Shown: positions 8,901-17,597 of the stretch, piece by piece
Position numbering within the stretch: position 1 is the first letter of the stretch
Layout: the number at the start of each line of letters is the position of its first letter
DNA from: an uncultured Clostridium sp.
GTDB lineage: Bacteria; Bacillota_I; Bacilli_A; RF39; UBA660
Assembly (NCBI GenBank): GCA_946402315.1
Contig: CAMIWC010000005.1
Location: forward strand, 854 to 64,853
Reading direction: 5' to 3'
DNA length: 64,000 nucleotides
Made by a program: the position numbers and the translations under genes
The notes under the pieces: model-generated
What the model saw: the letters and a program-made list of their open reading frames with translations, nothing else
Told to the model about the DNA's origin: nothing
Database searches by the model: none

Positions 8901-10859
8901 AGTACCTAATTCAACATCTTCACTGTTATATGATATTAAAGTATTAATATAATTAGAAACTGAGTAATTTCTAAATATATGGAATAAACTTGTTACATTT
9001 TCTTGATTTTGATTTAGTACTCTAAATGTTAAATTATCAGTTGCTGATAAATCTCTTGTAACTCCTGAAATAATAAAGACATTATTATCACTAAATGATA
9101 TTTGATGAGGTTCAGAAATACATTTATTATCATTTAAAGTACATTTAGTTAAGATTTTCTCATCAATTTTATTGATTCCTGTTAAAGCAATATATTTATC
9201 ATCATTAACATTAGTTGTATGAATAGATCCAAAATAATCATATCTTACATAATTACCATAAAAAGATAATTTGAATTGACTTGTTTCTTCATCAAAAACT
9301 ATATTTTTATCTGAAATATCTATTGTATACAATCCTGGTTGAGAATATGTTTGTGATGTTAATAATACCCCTCCTGCATTTGAAGAATAAGTATTATCTT
9401 TAATAATAATTTCATTAGTACTTGCTCTATATAAAACACTTACTTTTGTATTATATGCAGTAACAAAGAATTTAACCTTTTTAACAGTTTCTTTTGTATA
9501 TCCCTTAGTAAATGTATTGATTTGTTGTGAGGCTCTATAAGAATTATCATAATCAACTTCACTTACATCTGAGATACTACTATATGAACTCTTCATAGAG
9601 TTATAAGGCAAATAAATAAAAGTATTTACATTTCCCCAAGAGTTTTGAACTATCCATGCTCCATTTATAGTATGTAGAGTACCTTTAGTACAAGAATAAC
9701 TACTACCTACTTTTTTAGCATCAGTTATTTCAAATCCAGTTTTATCTAAACAAATATTATGAGTATAATTATCATCCCAACCAATAACTGATACAGCATG
9801 GTTTATACCATCACTTGGATTCCATCCAGAAGGTATATAATATATCATATTTTTACCATTAGCATTTAATGCACTTTCTGTTCCTGTTGGAGTATATTCT
9901 ACTGATAAGTTTGAATAAGCACCAACTCCAACATATAAAGATCCATTAGTAACAATTTGTTGTTTAATAAGATTTACTAATGCATCTACTTCTTCTTGAT
10001 CATCAGAAGATAATGAATTAAAGAATAATAATTCATTAACACTATATTCTGTATTATTGATATTTGTAATTTCGTATGGAGAAAGTTTAGAATTATAACT
10101 ATAGTCATATTTCCAATACTTATCACTTGTTATACTATGATTACTATTGTAATTAGTACCATCACTACAATTTCCATCACATAAAATAGGTGAAATACCA
10201 ATAGCTGTTGAATTAGCAAATCTTATCATATTTCCACCATCATTTAGATTTTCTCCAATGATAGAATCATCATTTATATATGGATTGCTTTCAATATCTA
10301 TTGCTTTTGTAGCATCAGTAGTAGCATAATCTATTTGCTTTTCAGAAAAAGTTAACATTTTAGTCTTATTACTCTTTATAGCAATATGACTTTCTAAAGA
10401 TGTTACAGATGAGAAAGCCCAACATATACCTTCTGATCCTTGATCATATATATTTGTGATATAACCGTCATCTCTTAAGTTATAATATGACAATGATACG
10501 TTTTCATTAGAATCACCTTGTTTAGCAAGATAATCATTTTTATATGAGTGATCTACTATATATTTTTCTGGTACATGTCCATATTCACTTTTCTTACCCC
10601 TTATTAAATACTTAACATAATCTGGGTTTAAGTATGGTTCCTCATCTTTCTTTTCAGTTAGATTAAGTTCACCATTTTCTTCATAGACATTTTTTACATA
10701 TTCTTGTGCTTCTGTTGGTAAATAAGCATAAGAATTCTTATAAAGAACAGTTGTTATTAATTGTTTACTATCATTTTTAGTTAGGAATCCTCCAGCTAAA
10801 ATGATTGAAACAATAGATACAACCAACAATAATAATTTAATCCTTTTATTCATATTCAC
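5922..10859 (-). CDS. Giant secreted papain-like (C1) cysteine protease with GLUG repeats, four Listeria-Bacteroides repeats and a C-terminal dockerin
   Basis: Signal/anchor at the N-terminus. Catalytic Cys motif QGSEGICWAFSS, His INHAVSVIGWD and NSWG. GLUG-like GLFGTIYG/AGALAGKV segments. Four repeats of the ...F.GW(N)T..DGTG..Y...LYA.W type. Confidence 0.85.
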   Translation of the reverse strand: MNMNKRIKLLLLVVSIVSIILAGGFLTKNDSKQLITTVLYKNSYAYLPTEAQEYVKNVYEENGELNLTEKKDEEPYLNPDYVKYLIRGKKSEYGHVPEKYIVDHSYKNDYLAKQGDSNENVSLSYYNLRDDGYITNIYDQGSEGICWAFSSVTSLESHIAIKSNKTKMLTFSEKQIDYATTDATKAIDIESNPYINDDSIIGENLNDGGNMIRFANSTAIGISPILCDGNCSDGTNYNSNHSITSDKYWKYDYSYNSKLSPYEITNINNTEYSVNELLFFNSLSSDDQEEVDALVNLIKQQIVTNGSLYVGVGAYSNLSVEYTPTGTESALNANGKNMIYYIPSGWNPSDGINHAVSVIGWDDNYTHNICLDKTGFEITDAKKVGSSYSCTKGTLHTINGAWIVQNSWGNVNTFIYLPYNSMKSSYSSISDVSEVDYDNSYRASQQINTFTKGYTKETVKKVKFFVTAYNTKVSVLYRASTNEIIIKDNTYSSNAGGVLLTSQTYSQPGLYTIDISDKNIVFDEETSQFKLSFYGNYVRYDYFGSIHTTNVNDDKYIALTGINKIDEKILTKCTLNDNKCISEPHQISFSDNNVFIISGVTRDLSATDNLTFRVLNQNQENVTSLFHIFRNYSVSNYINTLISYNSEDVELGTYTIEVYYNNNKYDELEWNLTQHNNVMSGIGTEDNPYLIKTVSDLNDLRNQNTNGKYYKLNNDIDLSYDTTNSAGLFYNSGAGWLPIDDFYGSLDGNNHVISGLYINRPKSVSEDPVGLFGTIYGTNSYIKNLIIKDANINGNYYAGALAGKVSVTDGLEIYNISVVGGKVISTYYNGGIIGGINSTNGVTEEINCNMYNLYSNTIVGDTDTSFVGGIIGVIESSNRVLSVTISDSVTFSKVKGNGSTGNSSIGGIVGNASYLNQISIYNIISAGSYKTQSNTRFGDAVGYGHHNNSITINNVFYVNSKVKGILENNDYENVNNNTFITISNIINSNYTNNFNHSSYWTKPTIENIKRFPMPNTLVNIFDFTETIDDFDLKISGSKNIYDLIVPNTDNAKNIQWTYDDEYITISSTGIITPIKEGTTTINITSLYDGYRDNIQVNITQMSTITFNSNNPDAETNTQEVIINQDFNLNKNTFTYKGHTFKEWNTKANGTGTSYTDEQLIEGGISEDLTLYAIWNTINYRITFNGNGGTMSNSNNVMDWDLTYPNNGSVIFSTAGFSKENYILDSWNTDPNGTGISFSTNGSIVFDDIPFDNQYKITVYAQWRVETYTITFDANQGEGEMPSIEVIKNEIINLPKNTFTRNGYLFKEWNRSLYGTSTSYADEDPISITSNITLHAIWTPITYQIKYDSNGGSGSMNNSNLTYDQAFILPENTFTKPNMRFKEWNTKSDGTGTSYANKASVNNLTNENNQIVTLYAIWEEYGTITNSTSDFETIYDGNNHGLSINVDVENYTIRYSVGNTNYDLNTNPIFKDVGEYVVNYKITKSGYQDLIGSNKVKIYGIAQFDSSISLKENTLVVQDNSFESISNKITTYSTSTEIKHYNKNNQLVTTDTLKTGDIIKVKINGTKTFDYHIAFLGDTTGDGKINYLDYVYVYNHIKKVNNPELNKTLLVDEYLLAADMNGDDIINFLDYVRIYNKIKELKGGTN
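5925..6137 (-). other. Type I dockerin module (two EF-hand-like loops) at the C-terminus of the protease
   Basis: GDTTGDGKINYLDYVYVYNHI ... ADMNGDDIINFLDYVRIYNKI, the duplicated calcium-binding segment typical of dockerins. Confidence 0.75.
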
Positions 10860-10923
10860 ACCTCTTATTATAATAATATCACTTTTATTGTATCTATTCT
10901 ATACTTTCACTTAATGATAATAA

Positions 10924-10944
10924 AAAAGACCTTAAAGGTCTTTT
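10924..10944 (-). terminator. Intrinsic terminator after the HD-GYP gene
   Basis: AAAAGACC-TTAAA-GGTCTTTT. On the minus strand the hairpin is followed by a T-run. Confidence 0.6.
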
Positions 10945-12581
10945 TATTTACTTATCTTTTCAAATTCAGGAAGAACTTTTCCTAAAGATTCTACTACTTT
11001 AGGATTAAATTTCTTACCACTTTCTGCTTTAATCTTATCATATACTTTATCTTCTTTTCTTAGAACTAAATCATTATATTCTATTATTACTGATAAGACT
11101 TGAGCTACTATTGGTATTTGATCTCCTGATAATCCTCCTGGATATCCAGTACCATCATATTGTTCTTCATGATATAAAATCATATCTTCAGCATAGTGAT
11201 TAAATATACGATCTATTTGATGATATAGAACACTATTAAATATTGAAATCCCAATTTGTGGATGGCTCTTTATTATTTGTAACTCTTCTTTAGTAAATTT
11301 AGTCTTATTTAAAATAGTTTTAGGAAGAGTAAATAATCCAATATTATAATATTTAGCAGCTTCTACTATCTTTTCTAATCTATTTTCATCTACTTTATAA
11401 TCTGGATAATCTTCTCCTAATTGTTTCATTAATACTTTCATATAAGCACATACTCTTTTAATAGTATAATCACAATCTAATAGATAAGATTTAACTAATA
11501 ATCTAAGTACATTTTTAATTTCTTCATGTTGGTTAATAACTATTTCATTTAATGAGTTATTAGCTTTATACAATTTAATAAGATTAGTCATTCTATGTTT
11601 AACTATATTTATATTAAATGGTTTTTCTAGTACATCGGCAATTGGATACATATAAGCTTTTTCTCTTTTTTCATGTTCATCACCAGAAATAATTACAACT
11701 GGAAGTCTATTAATTAGATTCTTACTATTCATATAGTCTAATACTTGGAATCCATCTACTCCAGGCATGTTTAAATCTAGGAACAATCCAATTATCTTAT
11801 ACTTTTTATCAATTGTCTTACTATCATAATTCTTTTCTAATAAATCTATTACTTCTTGTCCTCCATCACATACAAGTATCTTATATGAATTTTGGAATGT
11901 TCTTTGAAGAATGTTTCTAGTTATTGCATCATCATCTACTATAATAATTGCTTTTTCTCCTTCATTAACATTAGTAATAAGTTCTTGACTCATTCTTTCC
12001 CCTATTTCAGGAAATTCACCAGTTAATTCTCCAATTGCACCACTCATATATTCTGTAATGCTTTTAATTTCTGGATTATGAGAAGTACAGTTTATATTTA
12101 TAATTCTATTTAATTGTTGTAAGGTATCACATACACGATCAAATATTAATTTTTCTTTCTTTTCTAAATCTTCTTCTTTCTTAGATTTATCTTCTATAGA
12201 ATAATCATCGTCCATAGTTTCAATTAATAAAAGAACTACTTTTCTATTTTCTTTATTAGTGATTACTTTAGCGATATTAGTATACCATTTATAATTATCT
12301 TCTTTTCCTTCACGATATTTATATCTAGTTTCTTGAGTAGGAGTTCCTTCAATGGTATTAATATTTAAATTATCTATATATCCTTTAATATCATCAGGAT
12401 GTACTAAATCAGATAAATCACTATAAAAACTAGTAAACGCCATTGTATTTATACAATCTAATTTACCATCTTTATAGCTATACTCTGATATTAAATCTTT
12501 TAAAGTATCTACTATATATATTTTATAAAAAATATTAGGAATACTATTTATGATAGAATCTAAATAACTATTATCGTTCAT
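10944..12581 (-). CDS. PAS-like / receiver / HD-GYP-domain response regulator with a degenerate HD motif
   Basis: PAS-like N-terminus (VHPDD). REC with DDD pocket, LDLNMPG acceptor and EKPF Lys. C-terminal HEEQYDGTGYPGGL is a GYP motif, but the HD dyad position reads YYNIGL. Confidence 0.8.
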   Translation of the reverse strand: MNDNSYLDSIINSIPNIFYKIYIVDTLKDLISEYSYKDGKLDCINTMAFTSFYSDLSDLVHPDDIKGYIDNLNINTIEGTPTQETRYKYREGKEDNYKWYTNIAKVITNKENRKVVLLLIETMDDDYSIEDKSKKEEDLEKKEKLIFDRVCDTLQQLNRIININCTSHNPEIKSITEYMSGAIGELTGEFPEIGERMSQELITNVNEGEKAIIIVDDDAITRNILQRTFQNSYKILVCDGGQEVIDLLEKNYDSKTIDKKYKIIGLFLDLNMPGVDGFQVLDYMNSKNLINRLPVVIISGDEHEKREKAYMYPIADVLEKPFNINIVKHRMTNLIKLYKANNSLNEIVINQHEEIKNVLRLLVKSYLLDCDYTIKRVCAYMKVLMKQLGEDYPDYKVDENRLEKIVEAAKYYNIGLFTLPKTILNKTKFTKEELQIIKSHPQIGISIFNSVLYHQIDRIFNHYAEDMILYHEEQYDGTGYPGGLSGDQIPIVAQVLSVIIEYNDLVLRKEDKVYDKIKAESGKKFNPKVVESLGKVLPEFEKISK

Positions 12582-12639
12582 GTAACCAACTCCTATTTTC
12601 TTAATTATAACACAATCAATAAAAAAAAGACTATATAGT

Positions 12640-13023
12640 CTATTTTATTTCAGATATACTTATAGTCTTTTCAACTATCTTTCTTACATTATCGATAGTA
12701 AATGGTTTCTTTAAAACATCTATGATAGGATATTCAAATGCTTTAGCAATATTATCCATATCATCTTCTCCAGTAATTATAGATACAGGAACTGATTTAA
12801 ATAAGTTTCTTGTTTTTAAATATTCAAGTACAGCGAATCCATTTACTTTAGGCATATTTAAATCTAGTAACATTCCAGCTACTTCTGTTAGATTATTATT
12901 TTCTATATAGTTAATTGCTTCTTCTCCATTAATAGCACCAACTACATTATATTCTCCTTCAAAAGCTTTTCTAGCTACATTAAGAATAATACTAGAATCA
13001 TCTGCGACTATAATTGTTTTCAT
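12640..13023 (-). CDS. Single-domain response regulator (CheY-like receiver)
   Basis: IIVADDSS..., LLDLNMPKVNG and KKPF. All receiver signature residues are present. Confidence 0.9.
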   Translation of the reverse strand: MKTIIVADDSSIILNVARKAFEGEYNVVGAINGEEAINYIENNNLTEVAGMLLDLNMPKVNGFAVLEYLKTRNLFKSVPVSIITGEDDMDNIAKAFEYPIIDVLKKPFTIDNVRKIVEKTISISEIK

Positions 13024-13024
13024 G

Positions 13025-13384
13025 TTAAACCTCCAAATATTCTTTTATTATATTTATAACCCTTGTATATTCTGCGATATAAGAATCAAAATTTGTATTT
13101 ATAAAGTTTAAATCTGCTGATTTACCAGCCATTTCATGGTTATAAGATATATCAGCAAAAAACATTATACCTAAATATTTACAATCACTTTTTATAGCGT
13201 GGGCTAAAATCCCGTAATTCTCTGTATCATTGGCATTTTTATAATTAGTTAAATTAGTTAGTCTTTCATTATAACAATTATAAAAATCAGTCATTGTTTC
13301 ATTATAGAAGTCCATATCTCCTAATAATTCTAAGCCATGATCTACATCAATATTATTACTTTTTAAAAAATCAACTGTTTTCAT
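13025..13384 (-). CDS. Histidine phosphotransfer (Hpt) domain protein
   Basis: 119-aa helical protein with HAIKSDCKYLG (HxxKG-type Hpt motif). There is a 1-nt gap to the receiver gene. Confidence 0.7.
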   Translation of the reverse strand: MKTVDFLKSNNIDVDHGLELLGDMDFYNETMTDFYNCYNERLTNLTNYKNANDTENYGILAHAIKSDCKYLGIMFFADISYNHEMAGKSADLNFINTNFDSYIAEYTRVINIIKEYLEV

Positions 13385-13474
13385 TATAACCCTCCTATTA
13401 TCATTTTATCATAATAATATAAATAGTTATTTAAAAACAGTTGAGATTGACATTATTATTACATTTATTGAGAA

Positions 13475-14776
13475 TTAACTCTCATCTTTATTTTTAAATT
13501 GTAATATTATTGGAGTACCCTCCAATTCAAAATTCTCCCTTAATTTATTCTCTAAATATCTTTCATATGAAAAGTGTACTAATTTTTTATTATTTACATG
13601 AAAAGTAAATTTAGGAGGTTTAGTTCCTGATTGATTAGTAAAGAATATTTTTAATCTTTTACCCTTATATGAAGGAGGAATATTTAATTGATAAGCATCC
13701 ATAATAACATCATTTAAGACACTAGTTTTAATTTCTCTTTTAATATTTTCTCCTACACGTACTACTTCAGGCATAATCATATGTACTCTCTTTTTAGTTA
13801 AAGCACTACAGAATACTACAGGACAATATGTAATAAACTGAAATTCATTACGTACTAATTGTAAGAATTCATTAGTATTCATATTAGCTTTATCCCATTT
13901 ATTAACTACAATGATTAATCCTTTTCCTTTTTCAAGAACATATCCTGCAATATGTTTATCATGTTCAATAATACCTTCTTCAGCATTAATTACAAGTAAA
14001 CAAATATCGCTTCTATCTATTGCTTCCATACTACGTAGTAAAGAATACTTTTCAATTGATTCATATACTTTACCTTTTTTACGCATACCAGCAGTATCTA
14101 TTACAACATATTCTTCTCCATTATATTTCATAACAGTATCTACTGCATCTCTAGTTGTTCCTGAAACATCACTAACGATTACACGTTCTTCATTTAAAAG
14201 AGCATTGATCAAACTACTTTTACCTACATTAGGACGCCCTACTACAGAGAACTTAAGTCTTGTATCAGTATCTGGTTCTTGTTCCTTAAAATCTTTTGTA
14301 ATAGATTCCATAAGTTCATAGAATCCACTGCCAGACTCACCACTAACTGGAATATATTCATCAAAACCTAATTCATAGAAATCATATTCATGATCTAAGA
14401 AACTTTTAGAATCAGTCTTATTAATAACTACAATAACTCTCTTATTTGATTTTCTTAACATATCACGTACTTCTATATCGTTTGGAGTTATTCCTTCTTT
14501 ACCATCAACAACAAATAAGACTATATCTGCTTCATCTATAGCTAGTTCAGCTTGTACTCTTATTTCATCATTAAATAATTCTTTAGATACATCTATACCA
14601 CCAGTATCTATTACATTAAAATGATAATTATTAAAAGTACCTTCTCCATAGATTCTATCTCTAGTAACTCCTGGAGTATCTTCTATTATAGCCATACGAG
14701 AACCTACTATTCTATTAAAGATAGTACTCTTACCTACATTAGGTCTACCTACTAAAGCTACTATTGGTAATTTCAT
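13475..14776 (-). CDS. der: Ribosome-associated GTPase Der (EngA)
   Basis: Two G domains (GRPNVGKST twice, DTGG/DTAG, NKTD/NKWD) plus a KH-like C-terminus. Confidence 0.95.
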   Translation of the reverse strand: MKLPIVALVGRPNVGKSTIFNRIVGSRMAIIEDTPGVTRDRIYGEGTFNNYHFNVIDTGGIDVSKELFNDEIRVQAELAIDEADIVLFVVDGKEGITPNDIEVRDMLRKSNKRVIVVINKTDSKSFLDHEYDFYELGFDEYIPVSGESGSGFYELMESITKDFKEQEPDTDTRLKFSVVGRPNVGKSSLINALLNEERVIVSDVSGTTRDAVDTVMKYNGEEYVVIDTAGMRKKGKVYESIEKYSLLRSMEAIDRSDICLLVINAEEGIIEHDKHIAGYVLEKGKGLIIVVNKWDKANMNTNEFLQLVRNEFQFITYCPVVFCSALTKKRVHMIMPEVVRVGENIKREIKTSVLNDVIMDAYQLNIPPSYKGKRLKIFFTNQSGTKPPKFTFHVNNKKLVHFSYERYLENKLRENFELEGTPIILQFKNKDES

Positions 14777-14802
14777 AAGTTCACCTCCTTTATATAAAAA
14801 GA

Positions 14803-15396
14803 CTAGATAACGTCTACAGACAAATTATCTATCTTTGTTAATATCTCATCTCTTCCTTGCTTAGTTACACTTGAAAATAATACTATATCATCTCCAACCA
14901 CTAAATTTAAAGTATCAGTTAATTGTTTATATGTTTTATCTTTCTTAGATGTTGGTACTTTATCTACTTTAGTCGCAACTATAGTAACAGGAATATTATA
15001 ATATTTTAAGAAATTATACATAAGTAAATCAGCTTCAGTTGGTTTATGACGAAAATCTACTAATAAGAATACTCTTTTTAATTGTTGTCTATTCTTAATA
15101 TATTCTTCAATCATAAGTCCAAACTTTTGTTGTTTCTTTTTATCTACTAAAGCATATCCATATCCCGGAACATCTACTAAGTAGAATGTATCGTTTACTA
15201 CATAAAAGTTTAATGTTTGAGTCTTTCCTGGACGAGAAGAAATACGAGCTAAGTTTTTACGATTAACTAAAGTATTAACAAAGCTACTCTTTCCAACATT
15301 ACTTCTACCTACCATTAAAAATTCTGGTAAATAATCTTCTGGATATTGACTATATCTTACTGCGGTAACAGCAAGATTAACACTATTTATCTTCAT
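14803..15396 (-). CDS. engB: Ribosome biogenesis GTPase EngB/YsxC
   Basis: GRSNVGKSSFVN, DVPGYGY and TKVDK. The N-terminus resembles YsxC. Confidence 0.9.
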   Translation of the reverse strand: MKINSVNLAVTAVRYSQYPEDYLPEFLMVGRSNVGKSSFVNTLVNRKNLARISSRPGKTQTLNFYVVNDTFYLVDVPGYGYALVDKKKQQKFGLMIEEYIKNRQQLKRVFLLVDFRHKPTEADLLMYNFLKYYNIPVTIVATKVDKVPTSKKDKTYKQLTDTLNLVVGDDIVLFSSVTKQGRDEILTKIDNLSVDVI

Positions 15397-16342
15397 AATC
15401 CACCTCTTTACTCAAATTATAATCTTTACATACTAAATCTAAATCATTTAATAATTTATCAATATCTTCTTTTTCAAATACTCTTGCTCCAGAAGCATAT
15501 TTATGACCTCCGCCATTATATCTTTCAGCTACTGTATTAATTACTGGACCACGAGATCTTATATTAAACTTAAACATATTATTTTTAACATCTTCAGAAA
15601 TCATTACCCACACTATTACTTCTTCAATATTATTAAAGTTATTTATTAAGTTACCAGCAGACGCTACATCTACTCCTAATTCTTTAATCATTTCATCAGT
15701 AAGAAGTATATAAGCTAATCCATTATCTGTTACTGTAAGATGTTGTTCTATATATCCTTGTAATTTAATTTCTTTTAATGGTCTTAAGAAAATATTTTCA
15801 TATAAACTTTTAAGATCTAATTCATAATCTGATAATAATTTATTTACTATTGCAAATGTTTTAGCGCTAGTTGAATATAAAAATCTATTAGTATCAGAAA
15901 CTATTCCCATAAATATTAATTTAGCTATATCTTCATTTATTAATAAATTATTTTTATAAGCAAAATCTAGTATTATTTCTGATGCCGAACTTGCTTTATC
16001 ATCAATGTACTCAACATTACAATATTTTTCATAAAATGGATGGTGATCTATTTTTAAAGTATCATTAAATCCATCCATAGTTTTTAAATCTACTCTTTTT
16101 CTATCTGGTGTATCAACCACTATTAATAACCCGCTATTTTCTTCTGGTGTTTTATCTAGTTTAGGAAGATACTTATATCTTGAACTAACTGCTCCAACTG
16201 CATAGACACTTTTATTTGGATAATTAATTCTAATTAATTCCTTTAAAGCAATTTGACTACATAAAGCATCTGGATCAGCTCCAGTATGACGAGCTATAAC
16301 AATATTATTATATTTTTCTATTAACTCTAGAATCTCTTTCAT
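15383..16342 (-). CDS. nrnA: DHH/DHHA1 phosphoesterase (NrnA-type oligoribonuclease/pAp phosphatase)
   Basis: HTGADPDALCS, DHHPF and GGGHKYASGA motifs. Confidence 0.8.
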   Translation of the reverse strand: MKEILELIEKYNNIVIARHTGADPDALCSQIALKELIRINYPNKSVYAVGAVSSRYKYLPKLDKTPEENSGLLIVVDTPDRKRVDLKTMDGFNDTLKIDHHPFYEKYCNVEYIDDKASSASEIILDFAYKNNLLINEDIAKLIFMGIVSDTNRFLYSTSAKTFAIVNKLLSDYELDLKSLYENIFLRPLKEIKLQGYIEQHLTVTDNGLAYILLTDEMIKELGVDVASAGNLINNFNNIEEVIVWVMISEDVKNNMFKFNIRSRGPVINTVAERYNGGGHKYASGARVFEKEDIDKLLNDLDLVCKDYNLSKEVDYEDK

Positions 16343-16353
16343 AATATTCCAAT

Positions 16354-17532
16354 CTATTTAATTAAAGCTAAAGTATCTCTAGCAATCATTAACTCTTCAT
16401 TAGTTGGAACTAAATATAATTTAATCTTAGAATTATCAGTACTAATACATCTTAATTCTCCTCTTACATTATTTAGTTCTGGATCAATTTCTACACCTAA
16501 TATAGCTAGTTTATTAGCAATAGCTTCACGAGTAGCAGCACTGTTTTCTCCAATACCAGCAGTAAATACAATAACATCGCATCCATTCATTTCTACATAG
16601 TATTCTGCGATATATTTAACTACTGAATTAACAAACATTTCTTCAGCAATCTTACATCTTTCATTTCCTTCTTTAATTCCTGCTTCGATATCACGAGAAT
16701 CACTACTTACTCCACTAATTCCAAGGAATCCTGATTTCTTATTTAAAGCAGTTACTAATTCAGCAGCACTTAATCCTTCTTTTTCCATTACATATGGAAC
16801 AAGTGATACATCTATATCTCCAGAACGAGTACCCATAACTAGTCCAGCTAATGGAGTAAATCCCATAGATGTATTAACACATTTACCAGAATCAATTGCT
16901 GTTACACTTGCACCTTGTCCTAAGTGACATGAAATAACTTTTAAATCTTTTCTTCCTAGTTCTTCACTAATAGTTTGATTAATGTAATTATGGCTAGTAC
17001 CATGGGCACCATATCTTCTTACACCATATTTTTCATACCATTCATATGGTACAGCATATAAGAATTTATCTTTAGCCATTGTTTGATGAAATGCAGTATC
17101 AAATACAGCGACCATTGGAGTATTAGGAAGTATTTGTTTAAATGCTTTAATACCAATAGCATGTGCTGGATTATGTAGTGGTGCTAAATCTGATAATTTA
17201 ATAATATCTTCTAGTACTTCATCAGTAATAATTACTGATTTATCATAATGATCAGCACCTTGAACTATTCTATGTCCTACTCCATCTATTTCATCATAAC
17301 TATTAATTATTTTTAATTCTATTAATTTATCTAATAAAATCTTAATAGCATCAGCATGATCTTTTAACTCTGCTTCTTCTTTAATTTTAAATTCAGAGTT
17401 CTTAATAGTATAACAAGAACCATCTATTCCTATTCTTTCAAATAATCCTGATACTAATACTTCATCAGTATCCATGTTAAATAAACTAAATTTTAGAGAA
17501 CTACTCCCTGTATTAATTGATAATATTTTCAT
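16354..17532 (-). CDS. ackA: Acetate kinase
   Basis: MKILSINTGSSSLKF N-terminus, HRIVQGA and the rest of the family signature. Start moved to the ATG with SD AGAGGGA. Confidence 0.95.
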   Translation of the reverse strand: MKILSINTGSSSLKFSLFNMDTDEVLVSGLFERIGIDGSCYTIKNSEFKIKEEAELKDHADAIKILLDKLIELKIINSYDEIDGVGHRIVQGADHYDKSVIITDEVLEDIIKLSDLAPLHNPAHAIGIKAFKQILPNTPMVAVFDTAFHQTMAKDKFLYAVPYEWYEKYGVRRYGAHGTSHNYINQTISEELGRKDLKVISCHLGQGASVTAIDSGKCVNTSMGFTPLAGLVMGTRSGDIDVSLVPYVMEKEGLSAAELVTALNKKSGFLGISGVSSDSRDIEAGIKEGNERCKIAEEMFVNSVVKYIAEYYVEMNGCDVIVFTAGIGENSAATREAIANKLAILGVEIDPELNNVRGELRCISTDNSKIKLYLVPTNEELMIARDTLALIK

Positions 17533-17597
17533 AATAATCCCTCTTTTCAACAAATATATTATACTATAAGACTTTTAATAATAAAAGAAAAAAAGAC

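Noticed and set aside
10944-13384. The Hpt + stand-alone receiver + receiver-effector layout is reminiscent of the Detocs anti-phage two-component system.
   Set aside because: There is no sensor kinase gene. The effector domain is a degenerate HD-GYP rather than a nucleoside phosphorylase or other toxic effector. The genes are embedded among housekeeping genes (der, engB). The similarity is architectural only.
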